NCBI GenBank assembly: GCA_964016885.1
Contig: OZ024759.1
Location: 24,304,001-24,368,000, forward strand
DNA length: 64,000 nt
Source of the DNA: Eledone cirrhosa
Taxonomy: Eukaryota
Direction of reading: 5' to 3'
The notes under the pieces were generated by a model, which did not search any database, was not told where the DNA came from, and saw only the letters and a list, made by a program, of their open reading frames with translations. Positions 1-15,000 of this stretch are shown here, in pieces; position 1 is the first letter of the stretch; every line of letters begins with the position of its first letter. The translations under genes and the position numbers were made by a program.

Positions 1-3000
1 CCTATATTCGTCTTTCCAAGTCATGTGCTTTCACACTTTGAGCCCAGTTTACTTCGATATATCTCAATATATCTCTATCTTCCTTTTAACGGAAAACACC
101 ATGCTGTCTGGCTATCTCTCTCCCAATCTACCTCATACTCTCTAGCACTTTTTTAGTAATCCCTTGCTTGTCTTTCAAGCAAGTTGGTCTTTACTCCTAT
201 GGACGTATAAACCTTTACACTATCTCATAACCATTCCTATATTCGTCTTTCCAAGTCATGTGCTTTCACACTTTGAGCCCAGTTTACTTCGATATATCCC
301 TATATATCTCTATTTTCCTTTTAACGGAAAACACCATGCTGTCTGGCTATCTCTCTCCCAATCTACCTCATACTCTCTACCTCTTTTTGAGTAATCCCTT
401 GCTTGTCTTTCAAGCAAGTTGGTCTTTACTCCTATGGACGTATATACCTTTACACTATCTCATAACCATTCCTATATTCGTCTTTCCAAAACATGTGCTT
501 TAACACTTTGACCCCAGTTTACTTCGATATATCCCTATATATCTCTATTTTCCTTTTAACGGAAAACACCATGCTGTCTGGCTCACTCTCTCCCTTAGCT
601 ACCTCATGCGATCTACCTCTTTTTGAGTAATCCCTTGCTTGTCTTTCAAGCAAGTTGGTCTTTACTCCTATGGACGTATAAACCTTTACACTATCTCATA
701 ACCATTCCCATATTCGTCTTTCCAAGTCATGTGCTTTAACACTTTGAGCCCAGTTTACTTCGATATATCTCTATATATCTCTATTTTCCTTTTAACGGAA
801 AACACCATGCTGTCTGGCTATCTCTCTCCCAATCTACCTCATACTCTCTACCTCTTTTTGAGTAATCCCTTGCTTGTCTTTCAAGCAAGTTGGTCTTTAC
901 TCCTATGGACGTATAAACCTTTACACTATCTCATAACCATTCCTATATTCGTCTTTCCAAGTCATGTGCTTTCACACTTTGAGCCCAGTTTACTTCGATA
1001 TATCCCTATATATCTCTATTTTCCTTTTAACGGAAAACACCATGCTGTCTGGCTCACTCTCTCCCTTAGCTACCTCATGCGATCTACCTCTTTTTGAGTA
1101 ATCCCTTGCTTGTCTTTCAAGCAAGTTGGTCTTTACTCCTATGGACGTATAAACCTTTACACTATCTCATAACCATTCCTATATTCGTCTTTCCAAGTCA
1201 TGTGCTTTCACACTTTGAGCCCAGTTTACTTCGATATATCTCTATATATCTCTATCTTCCTTTTAACGGAAAGCACCATGCTGTCTGGCTATCTCTCACC
1301 GAATCTACCTCATACTCTCTACCTCTTTTTGAGTAATCCCTTGCTTGTCTTTCAAGCAAGTTGGTCTTTACTCCTATGGACGTATAAACCTTTACACTAT
1401 CTCATAACCATTCCTATATTCGTCTTTCCAAAACATGTGCTTTAACACTTTGAGCCCAGTTTACTTCGATATATCCCTATATATCTCTATTTTCCTTTTA
1501 ACGGAAAACACCTTGCTGTCTGGCTATCTCTCTCCCAATCTACCTCATACTCTCTACCTCTTTTTGAGTAACCCTTGCTTGTCTTTCAAGCAAGTTGGTC
1601 TTTACTCCTATGGACGTATGAACCTTTACACTATCTCATAACCATTCCTATATTCGTCTTTCCAAAACATGTGCTTTAACACTTTGAGCCCAGTTTACTT
1701 CGATATATCCCTATATATCTCTATTTTCCTTTTAACGGAAAACACCATGCTGTCTGGCTCTCTCTCTCCCTTATCTACCTCATGCGATCTACCTCTTTTT
1801 GAGTAATCCCTTGCTTGTCTTTCAAGCAAGTTGGTCTTTACTCCCATGGACGTATAAACCTTTACACTATCTCATAACCATTCCCATATTCGTCTTTCCA
1901 AGTCATGTGCTTTAACACTTTGAGCCCGGTTTACTTCGATATATCTCTATATATCTCTATTTTCCTTTTAACGGAAAACACCATGCTGTCTGGCTATCTC
2001 TCTCCCAATCTACCTCATACTCTCTACCTCTTTTTGAGTAATCCCTTGCTTGTCTTTCAAGCAAGTTGGTCTTTACTCCTATGGACGTATAAACCTTTAC
2101 ACTATCTCATAACCATTCCTATATTCGTCTTTCCAAGTCATGTGCTTTCACACTTTGAGCCCAGTTTACTTCGATATATCTCTATATATCTCTATTTTCC
2201 TTTTAACGGAAAACACCATGCTGTCTGGCTATCTCTCTCCCAATCTACCTCATACTCTCTACCTCTTTTTGAGTAATCCCTTGCTTGTCTTTCAAGCAAG
2301 TTGGTCTTTACTCCTATGGACGTATAAACCTTTACACTATCTCATAACCATTCCTATATTCGTCTTTCCAAGTCATGTGCTTTCACACTTTGAGCCCAGT
2401 TTACTTCGATATATCTCTATATATCTCTATTTTCCTTTTAACGGAAAACACCATGCTGTCTGGCTATCTCTCACCCAATCTACCTCATACTCTCTACCTC
2501 TTTTTGAGTAATCCCTTGCTTGTCTTTCAAGCAAGTTGGTCTTTACTCCTATGGACGTATAAACCTTTACACTATCTCATAACCATTCCTATATTCGTCT
2601 TTCCAAGTCATGTGCTTTCACACTTTGAGCCCAGTTTACTTCGATATATCTCTATATAGCTCTATCTTCCTTTTAACGGAAAACACCATGCTGTCTGGCT
2701 ATCTCTCTCCCAATCTACCTCATACTCTCTAGCACTTTTTTAGTAATCCCTTGCTTGTCTTTCAAGCAAGTTGGTCTTTACTCCTATGGACGTATAAACC
2801 TTTACACTATCTCATAACCATTCCTATATTCATCTTTCCAAGTCATGTGCTTTCACATTTTGAGCCCAGTTTACTTCGATATATCCCTATATATCTCTAT
2901 TTTCCTTTTAACGGAAAACACCATGCTGTCTGGCTATCTCTCTCCCAATCTACCTCATACTCTCTACCTCTTTTTGAGTAATCCCTTGCTTGTCTTTCAA

Positions 3001-6000
3001 GCAAGTTGGTCTTTACTCCTATGGACGTATAAACCTTTACACTATCTCATAACCATTCCTATATTCGTCTTTCCAAGTCATGTGCTTTCACACTTTGAGC
3101 CCAGTTTACTTCGATATATCTCTATATATCTCTATTTTCCTTTTAACGGAAAACACCATGCTGTCTGGCTATCTCTCTCCCAATCTACCTCATACTCTCT
3201 ACCTCTTTTTGAGTAATCCCTTGCTTGTCTTTCAAGCAAGTTGGTCTTTACTCCTATGGACGTATAAACCTTTACACTATCTCATAACCATTCCTATATT
3301 CGTCTTTCCAAAACATGTGCTTTAACACTTTGAGCCCAGTTTACTTCGATATATCCCTATATATCTCTATTTTCCTTTTAACAGAAAACACCATGCTGTC
3401 TGGCTCACTCTCTCCCTTAGCTACCTCATGCGATCTACCTCTTTTTGAGTAATCCCTTGCTTGTCTTTCAAGCAAGTTGGTCTTTACTCCTATGGACGTA
3501 TAAACCTTTACACTATCTCATAACCATTCCTATATTCGTCTTTCCAAGTCATGTGCTTTCACACTTTGAGCCCAGTTTACTTCGATATATCTCTATATAT
3601 CTCTATCTTCCTTTTAACGGAAAGCACCATGCTGTCTGGCTATCTCTCACCGAATCTACCTCATACTCTCTACCTCTTTTTGAGTAATCCCTTGCTTGTC
3701 TTTCATGCAAGTTGGTCTTTACTCCTATGGACGTATATACCTTTACACTATCTCATAACCATTCCTATATTCGTCTTTCCAAAACATGTACTTTAACACT
3801 TTGAGCCCAGTTTACTTCGATATATCCCTATATATCTCTATTTTCCTTTTAACGGAAAACACCTTGCTGTCTGGCTATCTCTCTCCCAATCTACCTCATA
3901 CTCTCTACCTCTTTTTGAGTAACCCTTGCTTGTCTTTCAAGCAAGTTGGTCTTTACTCCTATGGACGTATAAACCTTTACACTATCTCATAACCATTCCT
4001 ATATTCATCTTTCCAAGTCATGTGCTTTCACATTTTGAGCCCAGTTTACTTCGATATATCCCTATATATCTCTATTTTCCTTTTAACGGAAAACACCATG
4101 CTGTCTGGCTATCTCTCTCCCAATCTACCTCATACTCTCTACCTCTTTTTGAGTAATCCCTTGCTTGTCTTTCAAGCAAGTTGGTCTTTACTCCTATGGA
4201 CGTATAAACCTTTACACTATCTCATAACCATTCCTATATTCGTCTTTCCAAGTCATGTGCTTTCACACTTTGAGCCCAGTTTACTTCGATATATCTCTAT
4301 ATATCTCTATTTTCCTTTTAACGGAAAACACCATGCTGTCTGGCTATCTCTCTCCCAATCTACCTCATACTCTCTACCTCTTTTTGAGTAATCCCTTGCT
4401 TGTCTTTCAAGCAAGTTGGTCTTTACTCCTATGGACGTATAAACCTTTACACTATCTCATAACCATTCCTATATTCGTCTTTCCAAAACATGTGCTTTAA
4501 CACTTTGAGCCCAGTTTACTTCGATATATCCCTATATATCTCTATTTTCCTTTTAACGGAAAACACCATGCTGTCTGGCTCACTCTCTCCCTTAGCTACC
4601 TCATGCGATCTACCTCTTTTTGAGTAATCCCTTGCTTGTCTTTCAAGCAAGCTGGTCTTTACTCCTATGGACGTATAAACCTTTACACTATCTCATAACC
4701 ATTCCTATATTCGTCTTTCCAAGTCATGTGCTTTCACACTTTGAGCCCAGTTTACTTCGATATATCTCTATATATCTCTATCTTCCTTTTAACGGAAAGC
4801 ACCATGCTGTCTGGCTATCTCTCACCGAATCTACCTCATACTCTCTACCTCTTTTTGAGTAATCCCTTGCTTGTCTTTCAAGCAAGTTGGTCTTTACTCC
4901 TATGGACGTATAAACCTTTACACTATCTCATAACCATTCCTATATTCGTCTTTCCAAGTCATGTGCTTTCACACTTTGAGCCCAGTTTACTTCGATATAT
5001 CCCTATATATCTCTATTTTCCTTTTAACGGAAAACACCATGCTGTCTGGCTATCTCTCTCCCAATCTACCTCATACTCTCTACCTCTTTTTGAGTAATCC
5101 CTTGCTTGTCTTTCAAGCAAGTTGGTCTTTACTCCTATGGACGTATATACCTTTACACTATCTCATAACCATTCCTATATTCGTCTTTCCAAAACATGTG
5201 CTTTAACACTTTGAGCCCAGTTTACTTCGATATATCCCTATATATCTCTATTTTCCTTTTAACGGAAAACACCTTGCTGTCTGGCTATCTCTCTCCCAAT
5301 CTACCTCATACTCTCTACCTCTTTTTGAGTAACCCTTGCTTGTCTTTCAAGCAAGTTGGTCTTTACTCCTATGGACGTATGAACCTTTACACTATCTCAT
5401 AACCATTCCTATATTCGTCTTTCCAAAACATGTGCTTTAACACTTTGAGCCCAGTTTACTTCGATATATCCCTATATATCTCTATTTTCCTTTTAACGGA
5501 AAACACCATGCTGTCTGGCTCTCTCTCTCCCTTATCTACCTCATGCGATCTACCTCTTTTTGAGTAATCCCTTGCTTGTCTTTCAAGCAAGTTGGTCTTT
5601 ACTCCCATGGACGTATAAACCTTTACACTATCTCATAACCATTCCCATATTCGTCTTTCCAAGTCATGTGCTTTAACACTTTGAGCCCGGTTTACTTCGA
5701 TATATCTCTATATATCTCTATTTTCCTTTTAACGGAAAACACCATGCTGTCTGGTTATCTCTCTCCCAATCTACCTCATACTCTCTACCTCTTTTTGAGT
5801 AATCCCTTGCTTGTCTTTCAAGCAAGTTGGTCTTTACTCCTATGGACGTATAAACCTTTACATTATCTCATAACCATTCCTATATTCGTCTTTCCAAGTC
5901 ATGTGCTTTCACACTTTGAGCCCAGTTTACTTCGATATATCTCTATATATCTCTATTTTCCTTTTAACGGAAAACACCATGCTGTCTGGCTATCTCTCTC

Positions 6001-9000
6001 CCAATCTACCTCATACTCTCTACCTCTTTTTGAGTAATCCCTTGCTTGTCTTTCAAGCAAGTTGGTCTTTACTCCTATGGACGTATAAACCTTTACACTA
6101 TCTCATAACCATTCCTATATTCGTCTTTCCAAGTCATGTGCTTTCACACTTTGAGCCCAGTTTACTTCGATATATCTCTATATAGCTCTATCTTCCTTTT
6201 AACGGAAAACACCATGCTGTCTGGCTATCTCTCACCCAATCTACCTCATACTCTCTACCTCTTTTTGAGTAATCCCTTGCTTGTCTTTCAAGCAAGTTGG
6301 TCTTTACTCCTATGGACGTATAAACCTTTACACTATCTCATAACCATTCCTATATTCGTCTTTCCAAGTCATGTGCTTTCACACTTTGAGCCCAGTTTAC
6401 TTCGATATATCTCTATATATCTCTATCTTCCTTTTAACGGAAAACACCATGCTGTCTGGCTATCTCTCTCCCAATCTATCTCATACTCTCTAGCACTTTT
6501 TTAGTAATCCCTTGCTTGTCTTTCAAGCAAGTTGGTCTTTACTACTATGGACGTATAAACCTTTACACTATCTCATAACCATTCCTATATTCATCTTTCC
6601 AAGTCATGTGCTTTCACATTTTGAGCCCAGTTTACTTCGATATATCCCTATATATCTCTATTTTCCTTTTAACGAAAAACACCATGCTGTCTGGCTATCT
6701 CTCTCCCAATCTACCTCATACTCTCTAGCTCTTTTTGAGTAATCCCTTGCTTGTCTTTCAAGCAAGTTGGTCTTTACTCCTATGGACGTATAAACCTTTA
6801 CACTATCTCATAACCATTCCTATATTCGTCTTTCCAAGTCATGTGCTTTCACACTTTGAGCCCAGTTTACTTCGATATATCCCTATATATCTCTATTTTC
6901 CTTTTAACGGAAAACACCATGCTGTCTGGCTATCTCTCTCCCAATCTACCTCATACTCTCTACCTCTTTTTGAGTAATCCCTTGCTTGTCTTTCAAGCAA
7001 GTTGGTCTTTACTCCTATGGACGTATATACCTTTACACTATCTCATAACCATTCCTATATTCGTCTTTCCAAAACATGTGCTTTAACACTTTGAGCCCAG
7101 TTTACTTCGATATATCCCTATATATCTCTATTTTCCTTTTAACGGAAAACACCATGCTGTCTGGCTCTCTCTCTCCCTTATCTACCTCATGCGATCTACC
7201 TCTTTTTGAGTAATCCCTTGCTTGTCTTTCAAGCAAGTTGGTCTTTACTCCCATGGACGTATAAACCTTTACACTATCTCATAACCATTCCCATATTCGT
7301 CTTTCCAAGTCCTGTGCTTTAACACTTTGAGCCCAGTTTACTTCGATATATCTCTATATATCTCTATTTTCCTTTTAACGGAAAACACCATGCTGTCTGG
7401 CTATCTCTCTCCCAATCTACCTCATACTCTCTACCTCTTTTTGAGTAATCCCTTGCTTGTCTTTCAAGCAAGTTGGTCTTTACTCCTATGGACGTATAAA
7501 CCTTTACACTATCTCATAACCATTCCTATATTCGTCTTTCCAAGTCATGTGCTTTCACACTTTGAGCCCAGTTTACTTCGATATATCTCTATATATCTCT
7601 ATTTTCCTTTTAACGGAAAACACCATGCTGTCTGGCTATCTCTCTCCCAATCTACCTCATACTCTCTACCTCTTTTTGAGTAATCCCTTGCTTGTCTTTC
7701 AAGCAAGTTGGTCTTTACTCCTATGGACGTATAAACCTTTACACTATCTCATAACCATTCCTATATTCGTCTTTCCAAGTCATGTGCTTTCACACTTTGA
7801 GCCCAGTTTACTTCGATATATCTCTATATAGCTCTATCTTCCTTTTAACGGAAAACACCATGCTATCTGGCTATCTCTCACCCAATCTACCTCATACTCT
7901 CTACCTCTTTTTGAGTAATCCCTTGCTTGTCTTTCAAGCAAGTTCGTCTTTACTCCTATGGACGTATAAGCCTTTACACTATCTCATAACCATTCTTATA
8001 TTTGTCTTTGCAAGTCATGTGCATTAACACTTTGAGCCCAGTTTACTTCGATATATCTCTATATATCTCTATTTTCCTTTTAACGGAAACCACCATGCTG
8101 TCTGGCTATCTCTCTCCCAATCTACCTCATACTCTCTACCTCTTTTTGAGTAATCCCTTGCTTGTCTTTCAAGCAAGTTGGTCTTTACTCCTATGGACGT
8201 ATAAACCTTTACACTATCTCATAACCATTCCTATATTCGTCTTTCCAAGTCATGTGCTTTCACACTTTGAGCCCCGTTTACTTCGATATATCTCTATATA
8301 TCTCTATCTTCCTTTTAACGGAAAACACCATGCTGTCTGGCTATCTCTCTCCCAATCTACCTCATACTCTCTAGCACTTTTTTAGTAATCCCTTGCTTGT
8401 CTTTCAAGCAATTTGGTCTTTACTCCTATGGACGTATAAACCTTTACACTATCTCATAACCATTCCTATATTCGTCTTTCCAAGTCATGTGCTTTCACAC
8501 TTTGAGCCCAGTTTACTTCGATATATCTCTATATATCTCTATTTTCCTTTTAACGGAAAACACCATGCTGTCTGGCTATCTCTCTCCCAATCTACCTCAT
8601 ACTCTCTACCTCTTTTTGAGTAATCCCTTGCTTGTCTTTCAAGCAAGTTGGTCTTTACTCCTATGGACGTATAAACCTTTACACTATCTCATAACCATTC
8701 CTATATTCGTCTTTCCAAGTCATGTGCTTTCACACTTTGAGCCCAGTTTACTTCGATATATCTCTATATAGCTCTATCTTCCTTTTAACGGAAAACACCA
8801 TTATGTCTGGCTATCTCTCACCCAATCTACCTCATACTCTCTACCTCTTTTTGAGTAATCCCTTGCTTGTGTTTCAAGCAAGTTGGTGTTTACTCCTATG
8901 GACGTATAAACCTTTACACTATCTCATAACCATTCCTATATTCGTCTTTCCAAGTCATGTGCTTTCACACTTTGAGCCCAGTTTACTTCGATATATCTCT

Positions 9001-12000
9001 ATATATCTCTATCTTCCTTTTAACGGAAAACACCATGCTGTCTGGCTATCTCTCTCCCAATCTACCTCATACTCTCTAGCACTTTTTTAGTAATCCCTTG
9101 CTTGTCTTTCAAGCAAGTTGGTCTTTACTCCTATGGACGTATAAACCTTTACACTATCTCATAACCATTCCTATATTCATCTTTCCAAGTCATGTGCTTT
9201 CACATTTTGAGCCCAGTTTACTTCGATATATCCCTATATATCTCTATTTTCCTTTTAACGAAAAACACCATGCTGTCTGGCTATCTCTCTCCCAATCCAC
9301 CTCATACTCTCTAGCTCTTTTTGAGTAATCCCTTGCTTGTCTTTCAAGCAAGTTGGTCTTTACTCCTATGGACGGATAAACCTTTACACTATCTCATAAC
9401 CATTCCTATATTCGTCTTTCCAAGTCATGTGCTTTCACACTTTGAGCCCAGTTTACTTCGATATATCCCTATATATCTCTATTTTCCTTTTAACGGAAAA
9501 CACCATGCTGTCTGGCTATCTCTCTCCCAATCTACCTCATACTCTCTACCTCTTTTTGAGTAATCCCTTGCTTGTCTTTCAAGCAAGTTGGTCTTTACTC
9601 CTATGGACGTATATACCTTTACACTATCTCATAACCATTCCTATATTCGTCTTTCCAAAACATGTGCTTTAACACTTTGAGCCCAGTTTACTTCGATATA
9701 TCCCTATATATCTCTATTTTCCTTTTAACGGAAAACACCATGCTGTCTGGCTCTCTCTCTCCCTTATCTACCTCATGCGATCTACCTCTTTTTGAGTAAT
9801 CCCTTGCTTGTCTTTCAAGCAAGTTGGTCTTTACTCCCATGGACGTATAAACCTTTACACTATCTCATAACCATTCCCATATTCGTCTTTCCAAGTCATG
9901 TGCTTTAACACTTTGAGCCCGGTTTACTTCGATATATCTCTATATATCTCTATTTTCCTTTTAACGGAAAACACCATGCTGCCTGGCTATCTCTCTCCCA
10001 ATCTACCTCATACTCTCTACCTCTTTTTGAGTAATCCCTTGCTTGTCTTTCAAGCAAGTTGGTCTTTACTCCTATGGACGTATAAACCTTTACACTATCT
10101 CATAACCATTCCTATATTCGTCTTTCCAAGTCATGTGCTTTCACACTTTGAGCCCAGTTTACTTCGATATATCTCTATATATCTCTATTTTCCTTTTAAC
10201 GGAAAACACCATGCTGTCTGGCTATCTCTCTCCCAATCTACCTCATACTCTCTACCTCTTTTTGAGTAATCCCTTGCTTGTCTTTCAAGCAAGTTGGTCT
10301 TTACTCCTATGGACGTATAAACCTTTACACTATCTCATAACCATTCCTATATTCGTCTTTCCAAGTCATGTGCTTTCACACTTTGAGCCCAGTTTACTTC
10401 GATATATCTCTATATAGCTCTATCTTCCTTTTAACGGAAAACACCATGCTGTCTGGCTATCTCTCACCCAATCTACCTCATACTCTCTACCTCTTTTTGA
10501 GTAATCCCTTGCTTGTCTTTCAAGCAAGTTGGTCTTTACTCCTATGGACGTATAAACCTTTACACTATCTCATAACCATTCCTATATTCGTCTTTCCAAG
10601 TCATGTGCTTTCACACTTTGAGCCCAGTTTACTTCGATATATCTCTATATATCTCTATCTTCCTTTTAACGGAAAACACCATGCTGTCTGGCTATCTCTC
10701 TCCCAATCTACCTCATACTCTCTAGCACTTTTTTAGTAATCCCTTGCTTGTCTTTCAAGCAAGTTGGTCTTTACTCCTATGGACGTATAAACCTTTACAC
10801 TATCTCATAACCATTCCTATATTCATCTTTCCAAGTCATGTGCTTTCACATTTTGAGCCCAGTTTACTTCGATATATCCCTATATATCTCTATTTTCCTT
10901 TTAACGAAAAACACCATGCTGTCTGGCTATCTCTCTCCCAATCTACCTCATACTCTCTAGCTCTTTTTGAGTAATCCCTTGCTTGTCTTTCAAGCAAGTT
11001 GGTCTTTACTCCTATGGACGTATAAACCTTTACACTATCTCATAACCATTCCTATATTCGTCTTTCCAAGTCATGTGCTTTCACACTTTGAGCCCAGTTT
11101 ACTTCGATATATCCCTATATATCTCTATTTTCCTTTTAACGGAAAACACCATGCTGTCTGGCTATCTCTCTCCCAATCTACCTCATACTCTCTACCTCTT
11201 TTTGAGTAATCCCTTGCTTGTCTTTCAAGCAAGTTGGTCTTTACTCCTATGGACGTATATACCTTTACACTATCTCATAACCATTCCTATATTCGTCTTT
11301 CCAAAACATGTGCTTTAACACTTTGAGCCCAGTTTACTTCGATATATCCCTATATATCTCTATTTTCCTTTTAACGGAAAACACCATGCTGTCTGGCTAT
11401 CTCTCTCCCAATCTACCTCATACTCTCTACCTCTTTTTGAGTAATCCCTTGCTTGTCTTTCAAGCAAGTTGGTCTTTACTCCCATGGACGTATAAACCTT
11501 TACACTATCTCATAACCATTCCTATATTCGTCTTTCCAAGTCATGTGCTTTCACACTTTGAGCCCAGTTTACTTCGATATATCTCTATATATCTCTATCT
11601 TCTTTTTAACGGAAAACACCATGCTGTCTGGCTATCTCTCTCCCAATCTACCTCATACTCTCTAGCACTTTTTTAGTAATCCCTTGCTTGTCTTTCAAGC
11701 AAGTTGGTCTTTACTCCTATGGACGTATAAACCTTTACACTATCTCATAACCATTCCTATATTCGTCTTTCCAAGTCATGTGCTTTCACACTTTGAGCCC
11801 AGTTTACTTCGATATATCTCTATATATCTCTATTTTCCTTTTAACGGAAAACACCATGCTGTCTGGCTATCTCTCTCCCAATCTACCTCATACTCTCTAC
11901 CTCTTTTTGAGTAATCCCTTGCTTGTCTTTCAAGCAAGTTGGTCTTTACTCCTATGGACGTATAAACCTTTACACTATCTCATAAACATTCCTATATTCG

Positions 12001-15000
12001 TCTTTCCAAGTCATGTGCTTTCACACTTTGAGCCCAGTTTACTTCGATATATCTCTATATATCTCTATTTTCCTTTTAACGGAAAACACCATGCTGTCTG
12101 GCTATCTCTCTCCCAATCTACCTCATACTCTCTACCTCTTTTTGACTAATCCCTTGCTTGTCTTTCAAGCAAGTTGGTCTTTACTCCTATGGACGTATAA
12201 ACCTTTACACTATCTCATAACCATTCCTATATTCGTCTTTCCAAGTCATGTGCTTTCACACTTTGAGCCCAGTTTACTTCGATATATCTCTATATATCTC
12301 TATTTTCCTTTTAACGGAAAACACCATGCTGTCTGGCTATCTCTCTCCCAATCTACCTCATACTCTCTACCTCTTTTTGAGTAATCCCTTGCTTGTCTTT
12401 CAAGCAAGTTGGTCTTTACTCCTATGGACGTATAAACCTTTACACTATCTCATAACCATTCCTATATTCGTCTTTCCAAGTCATGTGCTTTCACACTTTG
12501 AGCCCAGTTTACTTCGATATATCTCTATATATCTCTATCTTCCTTTTAACGGAAAACACCATGCTGTCTGGCTCTCTCTCTCCCTTATCTACCTCATGCG
12601 ATCTACCTCTTTTTGAGTAATCCCTTGCTTGTCTTTCAAGCAAGTTGGTCTTTACTCCTATGGACGTATATACCTTTACACTATCTCATAACCATTCCTA
12701 TATTCGTCTTTCCAAAACATGTGCTTTAACACTTTGAGCCCAGTTTACTTCGATATATCCCTATATATCTCTATTTTCCTTTTAACGGAAAACACCATGC
12801 TGTCTGGCTCTCTCTCTCCCTTATCTACCTCATGCGATCTACCTCTTTTTGAGTAATCCCTTGCTTGTCTTTCAAGCAAGTTGGTCTTTACTCCCATGGA
12901 CGTATAAACCTTTACACTATCTCATAACCATTCCCATATTCGTCTTTCCAAGTCATGTGCTTTAACACTTTGAGCCCGGTTTACTTCGATATATCTCTAT
13001 ATATCTCTATTTTCCTTTTAACGGAAAACACCATGCTGTCTGGCTATCTCTCTCCCAATCTACCTCATACTCTCTACCTCTTTTTGAGTAATCCCTTGCT
13101 TGTCTTTCAAGCAAGTTGGTCTTTACTCCTATGGACGTATAAACCTTTACACTATCTCATAACCATTCCTATATTCGTCTTTCCAAGTCATGTGCTTTCA
13201 CACTTTGAGCCCAGTTTACTTCGATATATCTCTATATATCTCTATCTTCTTTTTAACGGAAAACACCATGCTGTCTGGCTATCTCTCTCCCAATCTACCT
13301 CATACTCTCTAGCACTTTTTTAGTAATCCCTTGCTTGTCTTTCAAGCAAGTTGGTCTTTACTCCTATGGACGTATAAACCTTTACACTATCTCATAACCA
13401 TTCCTATATTCGTCTTTCCAAGTCATGTGCTTTCACACTTTGAGCCCAGTTTACTTCGATATATCTCTATATATCTCTATTTTCCTTTTAACGGAAAACA
13501 CCATGCTGTCTGGCTATCTCTCTCCCAATCTACCTCATACTCTCTACCTCTTTTTGAGTAATCCCTTGCTTGTCTTTCAAGCAAGTTGGTCTTTACTCCT
13601 ATGGACGTATAAACCTTTACACTATCTCATAACCATTCCTATATTCGTCTTTCCTAGTCATGTGCTTTCACACTTTGAGCCCAGTTTACTTCGATATATC
13701 TCTATATATCTCTATTTTCCTTTTAACGGAAAACACCATGCTGTCTGGCTATCTCTCTCCCAATCTACCTCATACTCTCTACCTCTTTTTGAGTAATCCC
13801 TTGCTTGTCTTTCAAGCAAGTTGGTCTTTACTCCTATGGACGTATAAACCTTTACACTATCTCATAACCATTCCTATATTCGTCTTTCCAAGTCATGTGC
13901 TTTCACACTTTGAGCCCAGTTTACTTCGATATATCTCTATATATCTCTATCTTCCTTTTAACGGAAAACACCATGCTGTCTGGCTATCTCTCTCCCAATC
14001 TACCTCATACTCTCTACCTCTTTTTGAGTAATCCCTTGCTTGTCTTTCAAGCAAGTTGGTCTTTACTCCTATGGACGTATAAACCTTTACACTATCTCAT
14101 AACCATTCCTATATTCGTCTTTCCAAGTCATGTGCTTTCACACTTTGAGCCCAGTTTACTTCGATATATCTCTATATAGCTCTATCTTCCTTTTAACGGA
14201 AAACACCATGCTGTCTGGCTATCTCTCACCCAATCTACCTCATACTCTCTACCTCTTTTTGAGTAATCCCTTGCTTGTCTTTCAAGCAAGTTGGTCTTTA
14301 CTCCTATGGACGTATAAACCTTTACACTATCTCATAACCATTCCTATATTCGTCTTTCCAAGTCATGTGCTTTAACACTTTGAGCCCAGTTTATTTCGAT
14401 ATATCTCTATATATCTCTATCTTCTTTTTAACGGAAAACACCATGCTGTCTGGCTATCTCTCTCCCAATCTACCTCATACTCTCTAGCACTTTTTTAGTA
14501 ATCCCTTGCTTGTCTTTCAAGCAAGTTGGTCTTTACTCCTATGGACGTATAAACCTTTACACTATCTCATAACCATTCCTATATTCGTCTTTCCAAGTCA
14601 TGTGCTTTCACACTTTGAGCCCAGTTTACTTCGATATATCTCTATATATCTCTATTTTCCTTTTAACGGAAAACACCATGCTGTCTGGCTATCTCTCTCC
14701 CAATCTACCTCATACTCTCTACCTCTTTTTGAGTAATCCCTTGCTTGTCTTTCAAGCAAGTTGGTCTTTACTCCTATGGACGTATAAACCTTTACACTAT
14801 CTCATAACCATTCCTATATTCGTCTTTCCAAGTCATGTGCTTTCACACTTTGAGCCCAGTTTACTTCGATATATCTCTATATATCTCTATTTTCCTTTTA
14901 ACGGAAAACACCATGCTGTCTGGCTATCTCTCTCCCAATCTACCTCATACTCTCTACCTCTTTTTGACTAATCCCTTGCTTGTCTTTCAAGCAAGTTGGT

